This document shows positions 1 through 9,285 of a stretch of 49,017 nucleotides of DNA, piece by piece (position 1 is the stretch's first letter; each line of letters starts with the position of its first letter). Both the position numbers and the translations under genes were made by a program. This DNA is from an uncultured Clostridia bacterium (lineage in GTDB: Bacteria > Bacillota > Clostridia > Oscillospirales > CAG-272), in assembly GCA_945949385.1 (NCBI GenBank), contig CAMFEL010000002.1:1-49017 (forward strand), read 5' to 3'. Under the pieces are notes generated by a model. It saw only the letters and a program-made list of their open reading frames with translations. It was not told where the DNA came from and searched no databases.

Positions 1-95
1 GTCAGTACAGCATAGCTGACACGTTCCAACTTCAATTCCGGTCTTGAAAAGCAGGCATAATCGCCCCAGCCTTCAAGGGATATTGACATAAGCAT
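1..95 (-). CDS. cas5: Cas5 (type I-C Cas5c/Cas5d-like), first ~31 codons only; the gene runs off the left edge
   Basis: The reverse complement of 1-95 translates to MLMSISLEGWGDYACFSRPELKLERVSYAVL, matching the conserved Cas5 N-terminus (WGxxAxFxRPExKxERVSY). A GGAGA RBS lies upstream. It sits directly downstream of cas3 on the same strand. The start could be the ATG at 95 or at 89. Confidence 0.6.
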   Translation of the reverse strand, partial: MLMSISLEGWGDYACFSRPELKLERVSYAVL

Positions 96-165
96 TCTCC
101 TTTCCTGTTGATATTTATATTATAATACATGCACAGGGACATAAATGGGACTTTATGGCTGAATT

Positions 166-2292
166 TCAGACAAATTCTGCTTTGCCGGACTCGCTTTTTA
201 ATGACAGACCGGTTGCCCTGCTATATAGGTTCATATTTGTCAGCACCGCACAGCTTTCCGTCAGAGGCATGACATCACCGGCACATACCAAAGCGCGATA
301 TTGCTGTTCAAAAACGCTGACGCCGTAATGTCCAACTCTGCGGTAATCCGATTTACTTGCTGTGCCGTCCAGAAGTCGTTGGCATATATCCTCACCCATA
401 TCAATCGGAATATATACGGTTGCGGATGTTTGATCTATAAGATGAAAATTCTCGGAAACGGTCTCAAATGGAAGCAAACAGCCGTTTATGCCGTTGCGCA
501 GAGCCTTGACCGCACCTGATTTATCGTTCATCTCTCCTACAAGGGATCTTAAAGCGTTAAAGTACCGTTCCATTGTTTCGGGATCTCCCGGGTCGCCGCC
601 GCCGCTGAGTGCTTCCCGCGCGGCACAAATATTGATTCTCTGCATAAGAGGGGGCGGGGTTTCCCCTTCAAAATATGTAACTGTACTGTCCTTGGCAGCT
701 CGTTTTCCCTCTCTGTTGCAGCGCCCTGCTGCCTGCGCCACAGAGTCCAGACCGGAAAGCTCGCGGTACACGGTCGGAAAGTCCACATCCACACCGGCTT
801 CTATCAGAGAAGTAGATACCACCCGGCAGGGAAGCCCTTCTTTAAGCCTACGGCGGATCGTATCCAGTACTGCTTTCCGGTGAGCAGGGAACATTAGGGT
901 GGACAAATGATAGCTTCCATCGGTCGGTAACATTTCAAAGATTTTTTGTGCGGATTTTCGTGTATTCACTATGCACAGCACCTGATTATGCCCGCTTAAT
1001 TCCGATGCAAGTGCTTCGTCGGACAGCTTATCTCCGCTGCGGTATGTTATCCTTCGGAATTTTTGAAAATAATCGGACACATGAGGGCAAATCTCTTTTA
1101 TCTGCAATTCAGGGCAGAATGACTGAAACAGATCGGCAAGCACCGGCTGCGTTGCGGTACACAGCACAACGGAAGAGCGAAAGTGGGATACCAGATTTGC
1201 AACTGCACCGATACAGGGCTTCAGGTGGCAGGTCGGAATCATCTGCGCTTCGTCAAAAATAATAACACTGTTTGCAATGTTATGCAGTTTGCGGCATTGG
1301 GACGGCTTGCAGGAATACAGCGATTCAAAGAACTGAACGGCAGTGGTAACAATCACCGGAGCGTCCCAGTTTTCCGTAGCCAGCCGCTGAAACAGATTGT
1401 TTTTGCCGGTTTCTTCTCCGTCATCCGTCAGGATTCCGCTGTGATGCTCTATTACATTATTCTCTCCCAGAATAGTACGGAAGATTTCGGCGTTCTGCTC
1501 AATAATAGATGTGTACGGTATCACATAAATAATGCGGTTCAGCTTGTTCTCTGATGCGTGCTTCAGTGCGAACGCCAGAGATGAAACTGTTTTTCCGCCG
1601 CCTGTCGGTACTGTGAGAGTATAGACTCCGCGTGGATTTGATGCGGCGTTCAGACATTGCGTCAGTATCTCGCACCGATTTTTGTTTATCTCCGATTTTG
1701 CCGGAAACCATGATTTAATATACGCATTAAGCTTTTCCGACAGGGTCTGTATATCATCATAGCCTCCGCGGCAAGCGGAACCCGTCATGAAGGCTTCGGT
1801 ATCCAGATAATCTGCATCAACAAGGCATGAATACATCATACGTGTCCATAGTGATACGGTGAAAAAGTCGTGGAAATCAGGCATTTTCCCCGGTGAGGGC
1901 AGCGTCCCGTCCCAATGGCAGGCAGGAATGCTCCCGTCCAATCCTTTTTTGAGCCTACCCACGCATGTAGGCGCACCGATGTAGTCTGCCTGCACATTAC
2001 CGAAATCCGGCAAGCCTCCGTGATGTCCGACAACACAGCATGCCATCAGGTCTTCCTGAAGCTTTGTACATTCCAATGCTCCGGCAGTTGCATGGTCTAC
2101 CTTCGGACCGCCTGCAAGACGCTTTTGAAACTCTTCGGAGCATTTTCCGATGTCATGGGCATATCCCAGAAAGAATCCTCGCTGTTCTTCATTAAACTGA
2201 GAGGCAAAAGCAGCACATAGCGCTGCGGTGCCGCTGAGATGAGCTTCAACGGTTTGAGATTTGCCATCCTCGCGAATATGAGCATAATACAT
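166..2292 (-). CDS. cas3: CRISPR-associated helicase/nuclease Cas3 (HD domain + SF2 helicase)
   Basis: N-terminal HD motifs (GYAHDIGK, DHATAG, VVGHHGG), Walker A VPTGGGKT, DExD-like IIFDEAQ and a C-terminal helicase lobe (SLIEAGVDVDF, AAGRCNR). It is followed by cas5. Confidence 0.9.
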   Translation of the reverse strand: MYYAHIREDGKSQTVEAHLSGTAALCAAFASQFNEEQRGFFLGYAHDIGKCSEEFQKRLAGGPKVDHATAGALECTKLQEDLMACCVVGHHGGLPDFGNVQADYIGAPTCVGRLKKGLDGSIPACHWDGTLPSPGKMPDFHDFFTVSLWTRMMYSCLVDADYLDTEAFMTGSACRGGYDDIQTLSEKLNAYIKSWFPAKSEINKNRCEILTQCLNAASNPRGVYTLTVPTGGGKTVSSLAFALKHASENKLNRIIYVIPYTSIIEQNAEIFRTILGENNVIEHHSGILTDDGEETGKNNLFQRLATENWDAPVIVTTAVQFFESLYSCKPSQCRKLHNIANSVIIFDEAQMIPTCHLKPCIGAVANLVSHFRSSVVLCTATQPVLADLFQSFCPELQIKEICPHVSDYFQKFRRITYRSGDKLSDEALASELSGHNQVLCIVNTRKSAQKIFEMLPTDGSYHLSTLMFPAHRKAVLDTIRRRLKEGLPCRVVSTSLIEAGVDVDFPTVYRELSGLDSVAQAAGRCNREGKRAAKDSTVTYFEGETPPPLMQRINICAAREALSGGGDPGDPETMERYFNALRSLVGEMNDKSGAVKALRNGINGCLLPFETVSENFHLIDQTSATVYIPIDMGEDICQRLLDGTASKSDYRRVGHYGVSVFEQQYRALVCAGDVMPLTESCAVLTNMNLYSRATGLSLKSESGKAEFV

Positions 2293-2683
2293 AAATAAAT
2301 CCGCCCGCGTAATATGTTAATGTTGCATAGATTACAGTTAAATTTTAACACTGAAATAGTCAAAATGCAATATATATGTAATAACCGATTGATTTCGCCA
2401 AAAATCGGGTGAGCTTTGTAACCGTATGTGCTTTGTAGCTACAGAATAAGTATTTTTGCTCCTGCTTTTCTTTATTGTAGCATATGGATAGTCCCATAAA
2501 TAGGACAATTACGGAAATTATATAAACTTTTCAGACTTTTTCTGCTTATTTCATTTTTGCGGCAAAAGGTATAAAAGGATATGAATCCGAATGCAATAGC
2601 ATTATGAATCGGCGTGTATTTTGCATAGGTAAGCTTTTTGTATTTCAACTCCTGTATTGTGCAAATGATTGCATATATGTGAT

Positions 2684-4480
2684 TCAAATTACATTCGTAA
2701 TATTTCTTATAAACTCCTGAACCCGGCTGAGACCTGAGGGCTTACAGCCTACAAGCCATGAGGCGCTGTATTCGGCAAGCCACGAGTCAAAATCTTTCTG
2801 CAGAGCGGCACCGTCGCAGAAGCCGGGCGCTTTGTTTACATAAAGATATTCTTTGTTCATAAGTGCAAGTCCTCTTGCGGCAAGAAGCAGGTCGGTTATT
2901 CTCCTGTCGTCGGAATCAAGAGATGTCAGTTCCCGGGTTGCCTGCCTGCACAGCTCAAGCGCATTTATACCGTCGTTGGGGTCATAGTCTTCTTCGTCGC
3001 TTAGTGTAAGCCTTGTTTCCTTTCCCTCCAGAGTATTGGCGCTGTGCCATATAACAAATCGGCTCCACGAGCAGGCAGAGGCGGCTTTGCTGAGCTTTCT
3101 CAATACATTTGCCATATTGTAATCCTTTATACCGTACATAAGCAGGGTGGCGCTTCTTTCAAAGGCTTCATCGGTAGGAGAGTCCGAATTCCAGCTTTTC
3201 TGTGCGCCGACAAGGGCGCCGTACAGATTACAGTTGAATGCGCAGATATGTCCGAAGTCTCCCCAGTTTGTATTGAGTACGCCAAGGGCACCGTATTTTT
3301 TGGCAAATGCAGAAAAATCGGATATGTTGCCCACGGATGTATCAATATCCTCAACAAAGTTATCCCAGCAGGAGGTGCCGGGACACACTATCTGAGTAAA
3401 GCCCAGATCATAGTAAAACTTCGGTATCCACTCATTGACCTGCTTGCGGTAGCACCAGTTGAGGATAACAGTATCCCCGGGCACACGCTTTTTTGCCGCT
3501 TCCGGTCTTGCCATACATTCGTCGCCCCACATCATGGGCGTTTTGCCGTGTGATTTTACTATTTCAATAAGCTTATCAAGATGGTAAAAATATGCCTCGC
3601 CCTTATCCTTGCCCTGATTTTTTCCGCTGCAAAGATCAAGAGTCTCGTCGCAGCAGATATTGAAATACTTTGAGCGGAACAGAGGTATGTACTGCTCCAG
3701 CATACTGCCTATGACCTGTATTGTTTTGGGATTGTATACATCAACGGTGTGATGCCATTGCCGCTCAAGCCAGTAGTTTCTTGTGATTTCATGCTGCCCC
3801 AGCTCGCAAATGTCGCAGTATCTGTCGCTTTGAAGCAGGGTGAAAAGATGTCCGAAGGTGGAGAGGGAGGGAACAAGGTCTATAAACCTGTCATGGCAGT
3901 AATCGTCAAGCTCCAGAATTTCCTCGGGGGTCAGGGCGTTTTCGGCAGTTGAAATGCCTTCCAGCTCCTTGAAGGTAAAGGCGTCCTCCACATAAAGCTG
4001 CAGAGAATTCATTTTGAAGTATGACAGCATATCCGCTATTTTTTTGAGGGTCTCAAGGCGGTTTACTCTGCCTCTGGATATGTCGTGATAAAAGCCTCTG
4101 TACACAAAATCGGGGGCGTCGTCTATTTGGCAGCAAGGGACAAAAAGACCGTTTGCACATATAAGCTGTCTCAGGGTTTGTATGCCGTAGAAAGCGCCTG
4201 CGGCACCGGAACCGCAGACAGTGATTCTGTCTTTTTCAACCGTGAGTTTGTAGCTCTCGCCGCCTTCGCCGTGAGTAACCACCACGGCGTGTTTATTTTG
4301 CCCGGAGGAGCTGATGGGGACATAAGAGTGTGTGAGCGCTTCAAGCTCTCTGCAAAGAGTTCGTGCCGCCTTCACTATTCTTTTGTCGGCGGCAGAGTCG
4401 ACGAAAACAGAAAGGTTTTTCGCTTCAAAGCAGCCTTCGTATTCTGCTGCCTGTCTCGGTGTTGGAATGACATTTTTCAT
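2684..4480 (-). CDS. Glycoside hydrolase family 20-like protein (beta-N-acetylhexosaminidase-like)
   Basis: DDAPDFVYRGFYHDISRG resembles the GH20 catalytic-domain entry motif, and NICCDE sits where the HxGGDE catalytic D-E pair is found. I moved the start to ATG 4480 (MKNVIPTP), which has an AAAGGA RBS; the ORF track starts at 4537. Confidence 0.6.
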   Translation of the reverse strand: MKNVIPTPRQAAEYEGCFEAKNLSVFVDSAADKRIVKAARTLCRELEALTHSYVPISSSGQNKHAVVVTHGEGGESYKLTVEKDRITVCGSGAAGAFYGIQTLRQLICANGLFVPCCQIDDAPDFVYRGFYHDISRGRVNRLETLKKIADMLSYFKMNSLQLYVEDAFTFKELEGISTAENALTPEEILELDDYCHDRFIDLVPSLSTFGHLFTLLQSDRYCDICELGQHEITRNYWLERQWHHTVDVYNPKTIQVIGSMLEQYIPLFRSKYFNICCDETLDLCSGKNQGKDKGEAYFYHLDKLIEIVKSHGKTPMMWGDECMARPEAAKKRVPGDTVILNWCYRKQVNEWIPKFYYDLGFTQIVCPGTSCWDNFVEDIDTSVGNISDFSAFAKKYGALGVLNTNWGDFGHICAFNCNLYGALVGAQKSWNSDSPTDEAFERSATLLMYGIKDYNMANVLRKLSKAASACSWSRFVIWHSANTLEGKETRLTLSDEEDYDPNDGINALELCRQATRELTSLDSDDRRITDLLLAARGLALMNKEYLYVNKAPGFCDGAALQKDFDSWLAEYSASWLVGCKPSGLSRVQEFIRNITNVI

Positions 4481-4656
4481 AACTGTATCCTTTATTCGGG
4501 ACTTGCCCGTTACTTTATCCCGATTATAACATATCAAATATAAAAATGTGGGTATTTCGGAAAAAATAAGAAAATTACCGAAATTTTTCCCCGGTGGCTG
4601 TATATCAAGATTTTTGAGTGTTCGACAGAAAAAACTTACTGTTTTGCGTGAAAATA

Positions 4657-4665
4657 TGATATAAT
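4657..4665 (+). promoter_or_regulatory. Extended -10 element (TGATATAAT) upstream of the phosphatase gene
   Basis: TGnTATAAT at 4657-4665, about 40 nt upstream of the start codon. The -35 is weak (TTACTG-like). Confidence 0.4.
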
Positions 4666-4704
4666 CGTTTTACAGGCACTTACTGTATGGAAAGGGTGAG
4701 TATT

Positions 4705-5415
4705 ATGTCCGTATATGTAACCTCGGATCTGCACGGACTGGAGCTTTGCAAGTTGAAGGAATTGCTTGAAAAGGCGGGCTTCGGCGATGACGATTGGCTT
4801 TATATTTTGGGCGATGCGGTGGACAGGCAGAACGACGGCGGTGTTGAAATTCTGAAGTGGCTCCTTGAGCAGCCCAATGCTCAGCTTATTTTAGGCAATC
4901 ACGAGGCCATGCTTTTGTCATGCGAATTCCTTTTCGGTGAGATAACCGAGGAAAGAATTGAAGCGTTGGACAAAGAAAAGATGGGTCTTGTCATGACCTA
5001 TATGCAAAACGGCGGGGATGTTACGCTTGATGCTTTGAGAAAGCTGATGAGATCATCACCCGAAACCGTATCGTATATTATGGAATACCTGCACGATGCG
5101 CCGCTTTACGAAACGGTTTCTGCAGGCGGCAGGGATTTTCTGCTGGTACATTCCGGACTTGACAATTTTGATAAAAGCAGAAAGATCACGGACTACTCCC
5201 CCGATGAACTGCTTTGGGCGTGGCCGACGGCGGACGATGAGTATTATGACGGAATTGTAACCGTTTTCGGTCATACGCCTACCGTAAGCTACGGCAAAGA
5301 GCATAAAGGCAGAATACTACGCACAAGGACATGGATAGATGTAGATGTGGGCGTTCCTTACGGCAATTCTCCCGCACTGCTCCGACTTGACGATCTGGAG
5401 GAGATCTATCTGTGA
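4705..5415 (+). CDS. Metallophosphoesterase / PPP-family Ser/Thr phosphatase (PrpE/ApaH-like)
   Basis: Motifs DLHG, GDAVDRQ, GNHE and GHTP are in the canonical order. ATG 4705 has a GGGTGAG RBS; the alternative start is 4687. Confidence 0.85.
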   Translation: MSVYVTSDLHGLELCKLKELLEKAGFGDDDWLYILGDAVDRQNDGGVEILKWLLEQPNAQLILGNHEAMLLSCEFLFGEITEERIEALDKEKMGLVMTYMQNGGDVTLDALRKLMRSSPETVSYIMEYLHDAPLYETVSAGGRDFLLVHSGLDNFDKSRKITDYSPDELLWAWPTADDEYYDGIVTVFGHTPTVSYGKEHKGRILRTRTWIDVDVGVPYGNSPALLRLDDLEEIYL

Positions 5416-5486
5416 GCACGGGCGATATGTTAAGCTTTTATATTATAAAAACTGAAAAGTTCATCACGAAAAGTGTGTGAATGTGA

Positions 5487-5515
5487 TTGACAAACACCGT
5501 GCCTTGTGGTAAAGT
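5487..5515 (+). promoter_or_regulatory. Sigma-A type promoter of the SCIFF locus
   Basis: TTGACA (5487-5492), a 17-nt spacer and TAAAGT (5510-5515) preceded by TGg (extended -10). It lies about 30 nt upstream of the precursor RBS. Confidence 0.6.
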
Positions 5516-5547
5516 ATACATATAGAATTTTTACGGAAGGTGATATT

Positions 5548-5700
5548 ATGGAACATATCAAGACTATCAAGACCCGCAATCTGTGCGACAGCGCTAAGAA
5601 CGGCGGCTGCGGTGAGTGCCAGACCTCCTGCCAGTCTGCCTGCAAGACCAGCTGCGGTATCGCAAACCAGAAGTGCGAGAGCGCAAAGAACAGCAAGTAA
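5548..5700 (+). CDS. scfA: SCIFF (six-cysteines-in-forty-five) ribosomal peptide precursor, 50 aa
   Basis: MEHIKTIKTRNLCDSAKNGGCGECQTSCQSACKTSCGIANQKC carries the hallmark GGCGECQTSCQSACKTSC core of the SCIFF family. A GGAAGGTGA RBS precedes ATG 5548. The radical-SAM maturase is immediately downstream. Confidence 0.9.
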   Translation: MEHIKTIKTRNLCDSAKNGGCGECQTSCQSACKTSCGIANQKCESAKNSK

Positions 5701-5713
5701 TATTGCGTATTGC

Positions 5714-5744
5714 AAAATGCCGCCGAAATCGGCGGCATTTTTTC
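5714..5744 (+). terminator. Intrinsic terminator/attenuator hairpin between the SCIFF precursor and its maturase
   Basis: AAAATGCCGCCGAaaTCGGCGGCATTTTTT: a perfect GC-rich stem followed by a T-run. Confidence 0.6.
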
Positions 5745-5776
5745 GTAAATATAAGTGCGATAAAGGAGATACAAAA

Positions 5777-7156
5777 ATGATTCATCAGTATAAGCTGGGC
5801 GGCTGCAATATTGTTCTGGATGTCTGCTCCGGTGCCGTTCACGCGGTGGATGATGTTGCCTACGATATTATCGGTATGTTTGAAAAGCATAGCCGCGAGG
5901 ACATACTTGAGGTTATGGAGAAAAAATACGCGGGAAGCGGAGATACTACCCGAAAAGATATTGAGGAGTGCTACGGTCAGGTCGAAGCGCTTCGGGACAG
6001 CGGACAGCTTTTTGCGCCCGACACCTTTGAAAATATGGCGGGAGAACTGAAGGAAAAGACCGCCGGAGTTGTGAAGGCTCTGTGCCTGCACATTGCCCAT
6101 ACCTGCAATCTGAACTGTTCCTACTGCTTTGCCAGTCAGGGTAAGTACCACGGAGAGCGGGCGGTCATGAGCTTTGAGGTGGGAAAGCGCGCCCTTGATT
6201 TTCTCGTTGAGAATTCCGGCAGCCGCCGCAATCTTGAGGTGGACTTTTTCGGCGGCGAGCCGCTGATGAATTTTCAGGTTGTCAAAGATCTGGTGGCATA
6301 TGCCCGCAGTATTGAAAAGGAAAAAGGGAAGAACTTCCGCTTTACACTGACCACCAACGGAATACTGATAGACGACGATGTTATTGAGTTTGCCAACAGG
6401 GAATGCAGCAATGTGGTACTGAGCCTTGACGGGCGTAAGGAAATCCATGACCGCTGCCGTGTGGATTACGCGGGCAACGGAAGCTGGGACAGGGTTGTCC
6501 CCAAATTTCAGAAGCTCGTCAAAGCAAGGGGCGGCAAAGACTACTATATGCGCGGCACCTTTACCCACGCAAACCCCGATTTTCTGAATGACATACGTCA
6601 AATGCTGGATCTGGGCCCCACGGAGCTTAGCACGGAGCCTGTGGTGTGTGCCGAGGGAGACCCGGCGGCGCTTACGGAGGAAGACCTGCCTATTGTATCG
6701 GAGCAGTATGAAAAGCTGGCGGAGCTGATGCTTCAGCGGGACAGAGAGGGCAGGCCCTTTACATTCTATCACTATATGATCGACCTTACGGGCGGCCCCT
6801 GTATCTACAAGCGCATATCCGGCTGCGGCAGCGGCACGGAATATATGGCGGTGACTCCCTGGGGAGATCTGTACCCCTGCCATCAGTTTGTGGGCGAGGA
6901 ACGGTTCTGCCTTGGCAATATATGGGACGGCGTCACAAATACCGAAGTCAGAAGCGAATTTGCAAGCTGCAACGTTTACGCCCATCCGGAATGCCGCGAC
7001 TGCTGGGCGCGGCTGTATTGCTCTGGCGGCTGTGCCGCCAACGCATACCATGCCACGGGCAGCGTCACCGGAGTGTACGAATACGGCTGCAAGCTGTTCC
7101 GCAAGCGTATGGAATGTGCCATTATGGTAGCTGTGGCGCGTGAACTGGGCGAATAA
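5777..7156 (+). CDS. scfB: SCIFF radical SAM maturase (SPASM-domain, thioether-forming family)
   Basis: CNLNCSYC radical-SAM cluster motif, a C-terminal Cys-rich SPASM region (CGSGTEY...CHQF...CRDCWARLYCSGGC), and its position right after the SCIFF peptide. ATG 5777 has an AAAGGAG RBS; the ORF-track start at 5540 overlaps the precursor. Confidence 0.9.
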   Translation: MIHQYKLGGCNIVLDVCSGAVHAVDDVAYDIIGMFEKHSREDILEVMEKKYAGSGDTTRKDIEECYGQVEALRDSGQLFAPDTFENMAGELKEKTAGVVKALCLHIAHTCNLNCSYCFASQGKYHGERAVMSFEVGKRALDFLVENSGSRRNLEVDFFGGEPLMNFQVVKDLVAYARSIEKEKGKNFRFTLTTNGILIDDDVIEFANRECSNVVLSLDGRKEIHDRCRVDYAGNGSWDRVVPKFQKLVKARGGKDYYMRGTFTHANPDFLNDIRQMLDLGPTELSTEPVVCAEGDPAALTEEDLPIVSEQYEKLAELMLQRDREGRPFTFYHYMIDLTGGPCIYKRISGCGSGTEYMAVTPWGDLYPCHQFVGEERFCLGNIWDGVTNTEVRSEFASCNVYAHPECRDCWARLYCSGGCAANAYHATGSVTGVYEYGCKLFRKRMECAIMVAVARELGE

Positions 7157-7302
7157 GCTTTTAGTTTGAAAGCAAAACGAGGGCGATCGCAAGCAAGCTG
7201 TTTTTACCCATTTGTGTCTTGCCGCCGAAAAGAGGGCGGCAGGAAGCATAGCCTTTATGCTTTGAAAACTGCCATACATCAACGAAAGGCACGGTCATAA
7301 TT

Positions 7303-8673
7303 ATGGAGACACCTATCTGTGACTTCGTCCGCAAATATGCCGAAAGCGACGCTTTGCGCCTGCATATGCCGGGACACAAGGGAGTCGGCCCTTTGGGTGC
7401 GGAACGCTTTGATATTACGGAAATCGACGGCGCGGACAGCCTGTATGAAGCAAACGGTATAATACGCGAAAGCGAAGAAAACGCCGGAGGGCTTTTCGGC
7501 TGCCGGACATTTTACTCTACAGAGGGCTCCTCCCTGTGCATACGGGCAATGATATACCTTATTATGCTGTATGCAAGAAAGACCGGGAGAAAGCCCCTGA
7601 TTGCCGCGGGGCGCAACGCCCACAAAGCGTTTCTGAGCGCCGCCGCCATGCTTGATGCTGACATAATGTGGCTATACCCCGAAAACAGCGGGTCATATCT
7701 GTCATGCGCGCCCGATGCACGGCGGCTGGATGAGATTTTGTCAAATGCCCCGGAGGCTCCGGCGGCGGTATATATTACCTCTCCCGATTATCTTGGCAAT
7801 ACGGCGGATATTGAGGCGATTGCAAAGGTGTGCCGCCGCCGCGGGTGTCTGCTTGCGGTGGACAACGCACACGGTGCGTATCTGAAGTTTCTCGATGTTC
7901 CCGCTCATCCCATGGATCTGGGTGCGGATATATGCTGCGATTCCGCCCACAAGACTCTGCCTGTGTTTACGGGCGGAGCATATCTGCATATTTCACCGTC
8001 GGCGCCGGAGCTGTTTGCGCGTCAGGCGAAAAATGCTCTGGCAATGTTCGGCTCGACCAGCCCCTCTTATCTCATTCTGCAGTCGCTGGACGCCGCCAAT
8101 ATATATCTGGCAGAATACAGACCCCGTCTGCGCAGTTTTTTGGCACTTGTCGAAAACCTGAAAGACGAGCTTATCGGATGCGGATACTTCCTGTACGGAA
8201 GCGAGCCGCTGAAAATTACGGTTGATGCGAAAAAATACGGTTATCACGGAGGGGAGCTTGCCCGTATTCTTTCGGAAAAAAGCGTTATCTGCGAGTTTTC
8301 CGACCCGGACTGGCTTGTGCTGATGCTGACTCCGGAAAACGGTGAACAGGGTGTGCAAAGGCTGAAAGAGGTACTGAGAGCCATAACCAAAACGCCCAGG
8401 AAGGAGCCCAGGATGGTGCCTTCGCCGCCGATAACGGAACAGCCGCCCGTATTTCACAGGGCGCAGAGAGTGCTTTCCGTAAGAGAAGCGGTCATGTCCC
8501 CGTCGGAAACCGTTCCCGTGGAAAAAAGCCGCGGGCGCATACTGGCGGCGGTGACGGTAGGATGTCCGCCTGCGGTGCCCATACTTGTCAGCGGAGAGCT
8601 TATTGACGACAGCGCGGTTTCCTGCTTCAAATACTACGGCATTGAAACCTGTGAGGCGGTTTGCGATTCATAA
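7303..8673 (+). CDS. PLP-dependent Orn/Lys/Arg decarboxylase family protein (YaaO/SpeA-like)
   Basis: N-terminal LHMPGHKG motif, DSAHKTLP with the PLP lysine, and a fold-type I layout with a C-terminal decarboxylase domain. Confidence 0.8.
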   Translation: METPICDFVRKYAESDALRLHMPGHKGVGPLGAERFDITEIDGADSLYEANGIIRESEENAGGLFGCRTFYSTEGSSLCIRAMIYLIMLYARKTGRKPLIAAGRNAHKAFLSAAAMLDADIMWLYPENSGSYLSCAPDARRLDEILSNAPEAPAAVYITSPDYLGNTADIEAIAKVCRRRGCLLAVDNAHGAYLKFLDVPAHPMDLGADICCDSAHKTLPVFTGGAYLHISPSAPELFARQAKNALAMFGSTSPSYLILQSLDAANIYLAEYRPRLRSFLALVENLKDELIGCGYFLYGSEPLKITVDAKKYGYHGGELARILSEKSVICEFSDPDWLVLMLTPENGEQGVQRLKEVLRAITKTPRKEPRMVPSPPITEQPPVFHRAQRVLSVREAVMSPSETVPVEKSRGRILAAVTVGCPPAVPILVSGELIDDSAVSCFKYYGIETCEAVCDS

Positions 8674-8826
8674 AAGGCATTTGCCAAAAAACAGTTGAGC
8701 TCCGAATGTGCGCGCATGAACCGAGCGACGGCAATGCATTTGAATAAGCGTATACTATGTACTCGGAAAAGGCGTTGCTTGAAGAATGATGTATGTATAT
8801 TGTGCCGGCTTGAAAAGGAGAATGAA

Positions 8827-9285
8827 ATGAACAAGACCGTGGTTATTATGATAGGTATTCAGGGAAGCGGCAAAAGCACATTTTATGAGAAGTACCTTTC
8901 GGATAAGTATGTCCGCATAAATCTTGATACCTTGAAAACGAGGAAGCGGGAAAGTCTTCTTATAGAGGAGTGTATAAAGCTCGGAAAAAGTTTTGCCGTG
9001 GATAATACCAATCCCACAAAGGAAGACAGGGCGAGGTATATCGTTCCGGCGCGAAATGCAGGTTATAAAATTGTCGGATGCTTTATGGAGTCAAAGATTG
9101 CCGATTGCATTGAACGCAATGATCAGCGGTGCGGGAAAGCGAGAATTCCGGCGTGCGCAATCGCCGCGACATCAAACAGGTTGCAGTTGCCCGATTACGG
9201 GGAAGGCTTTGACGAGCTGTATTTTGTAAAAAACGACGGTCAGACCATGACCGTTGACAGATGGAGAGAAAACAATGAATTTTGA
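8827..9285 (+). CDS. P-loop kinase resembling the polynucleotide 5'-kinase (PNKP/T4 Pnk kinase, AAA_33) domain
   Basis: Walker A GIQGSGKST. VDNTNPTKEDRARY matches the (V/I)DNTNP...R...Y motif of PNKP-type kinase domains. ATG 8827 has an AAAGGAG RBS. The 3' end overlaps the next gene by 11 nt. Confidence 0.7.
   Translation: MNKTVVIMIGIQGSGKSTFYEKYLSDKYVRINLDTLKTRKRESLLIEECIKLGKSFAVDNTNPTKEDRARYIVPARNAGYKIVGCFMESKIADCIERNDQRCGKARIPACAIAATSNRLQLPDYGEGFDELYFVKNDGQTMTVDRWRENNEF

Noticed and set aside
2293-2683. Possible CRISPR array/leader or small gene (71-aa ORF 2472-2687) upstream of cas3
   Set aside because: I found no direct repeats of 25-40 bp. The ORF is AT-rich and low-complexity and lacks an RBS, so I treat the region as a promoter/intergenic region.
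5594-7282. 562-aa ORF on the minus strand
   Set aside because: It is entirely antisense to the SCIFF precursor and maturase. It has an Arg/Ala/Gly-rich composition typical of shadow ORFs in GC-rich coding DNA, with no RBS or recognisable motifs.
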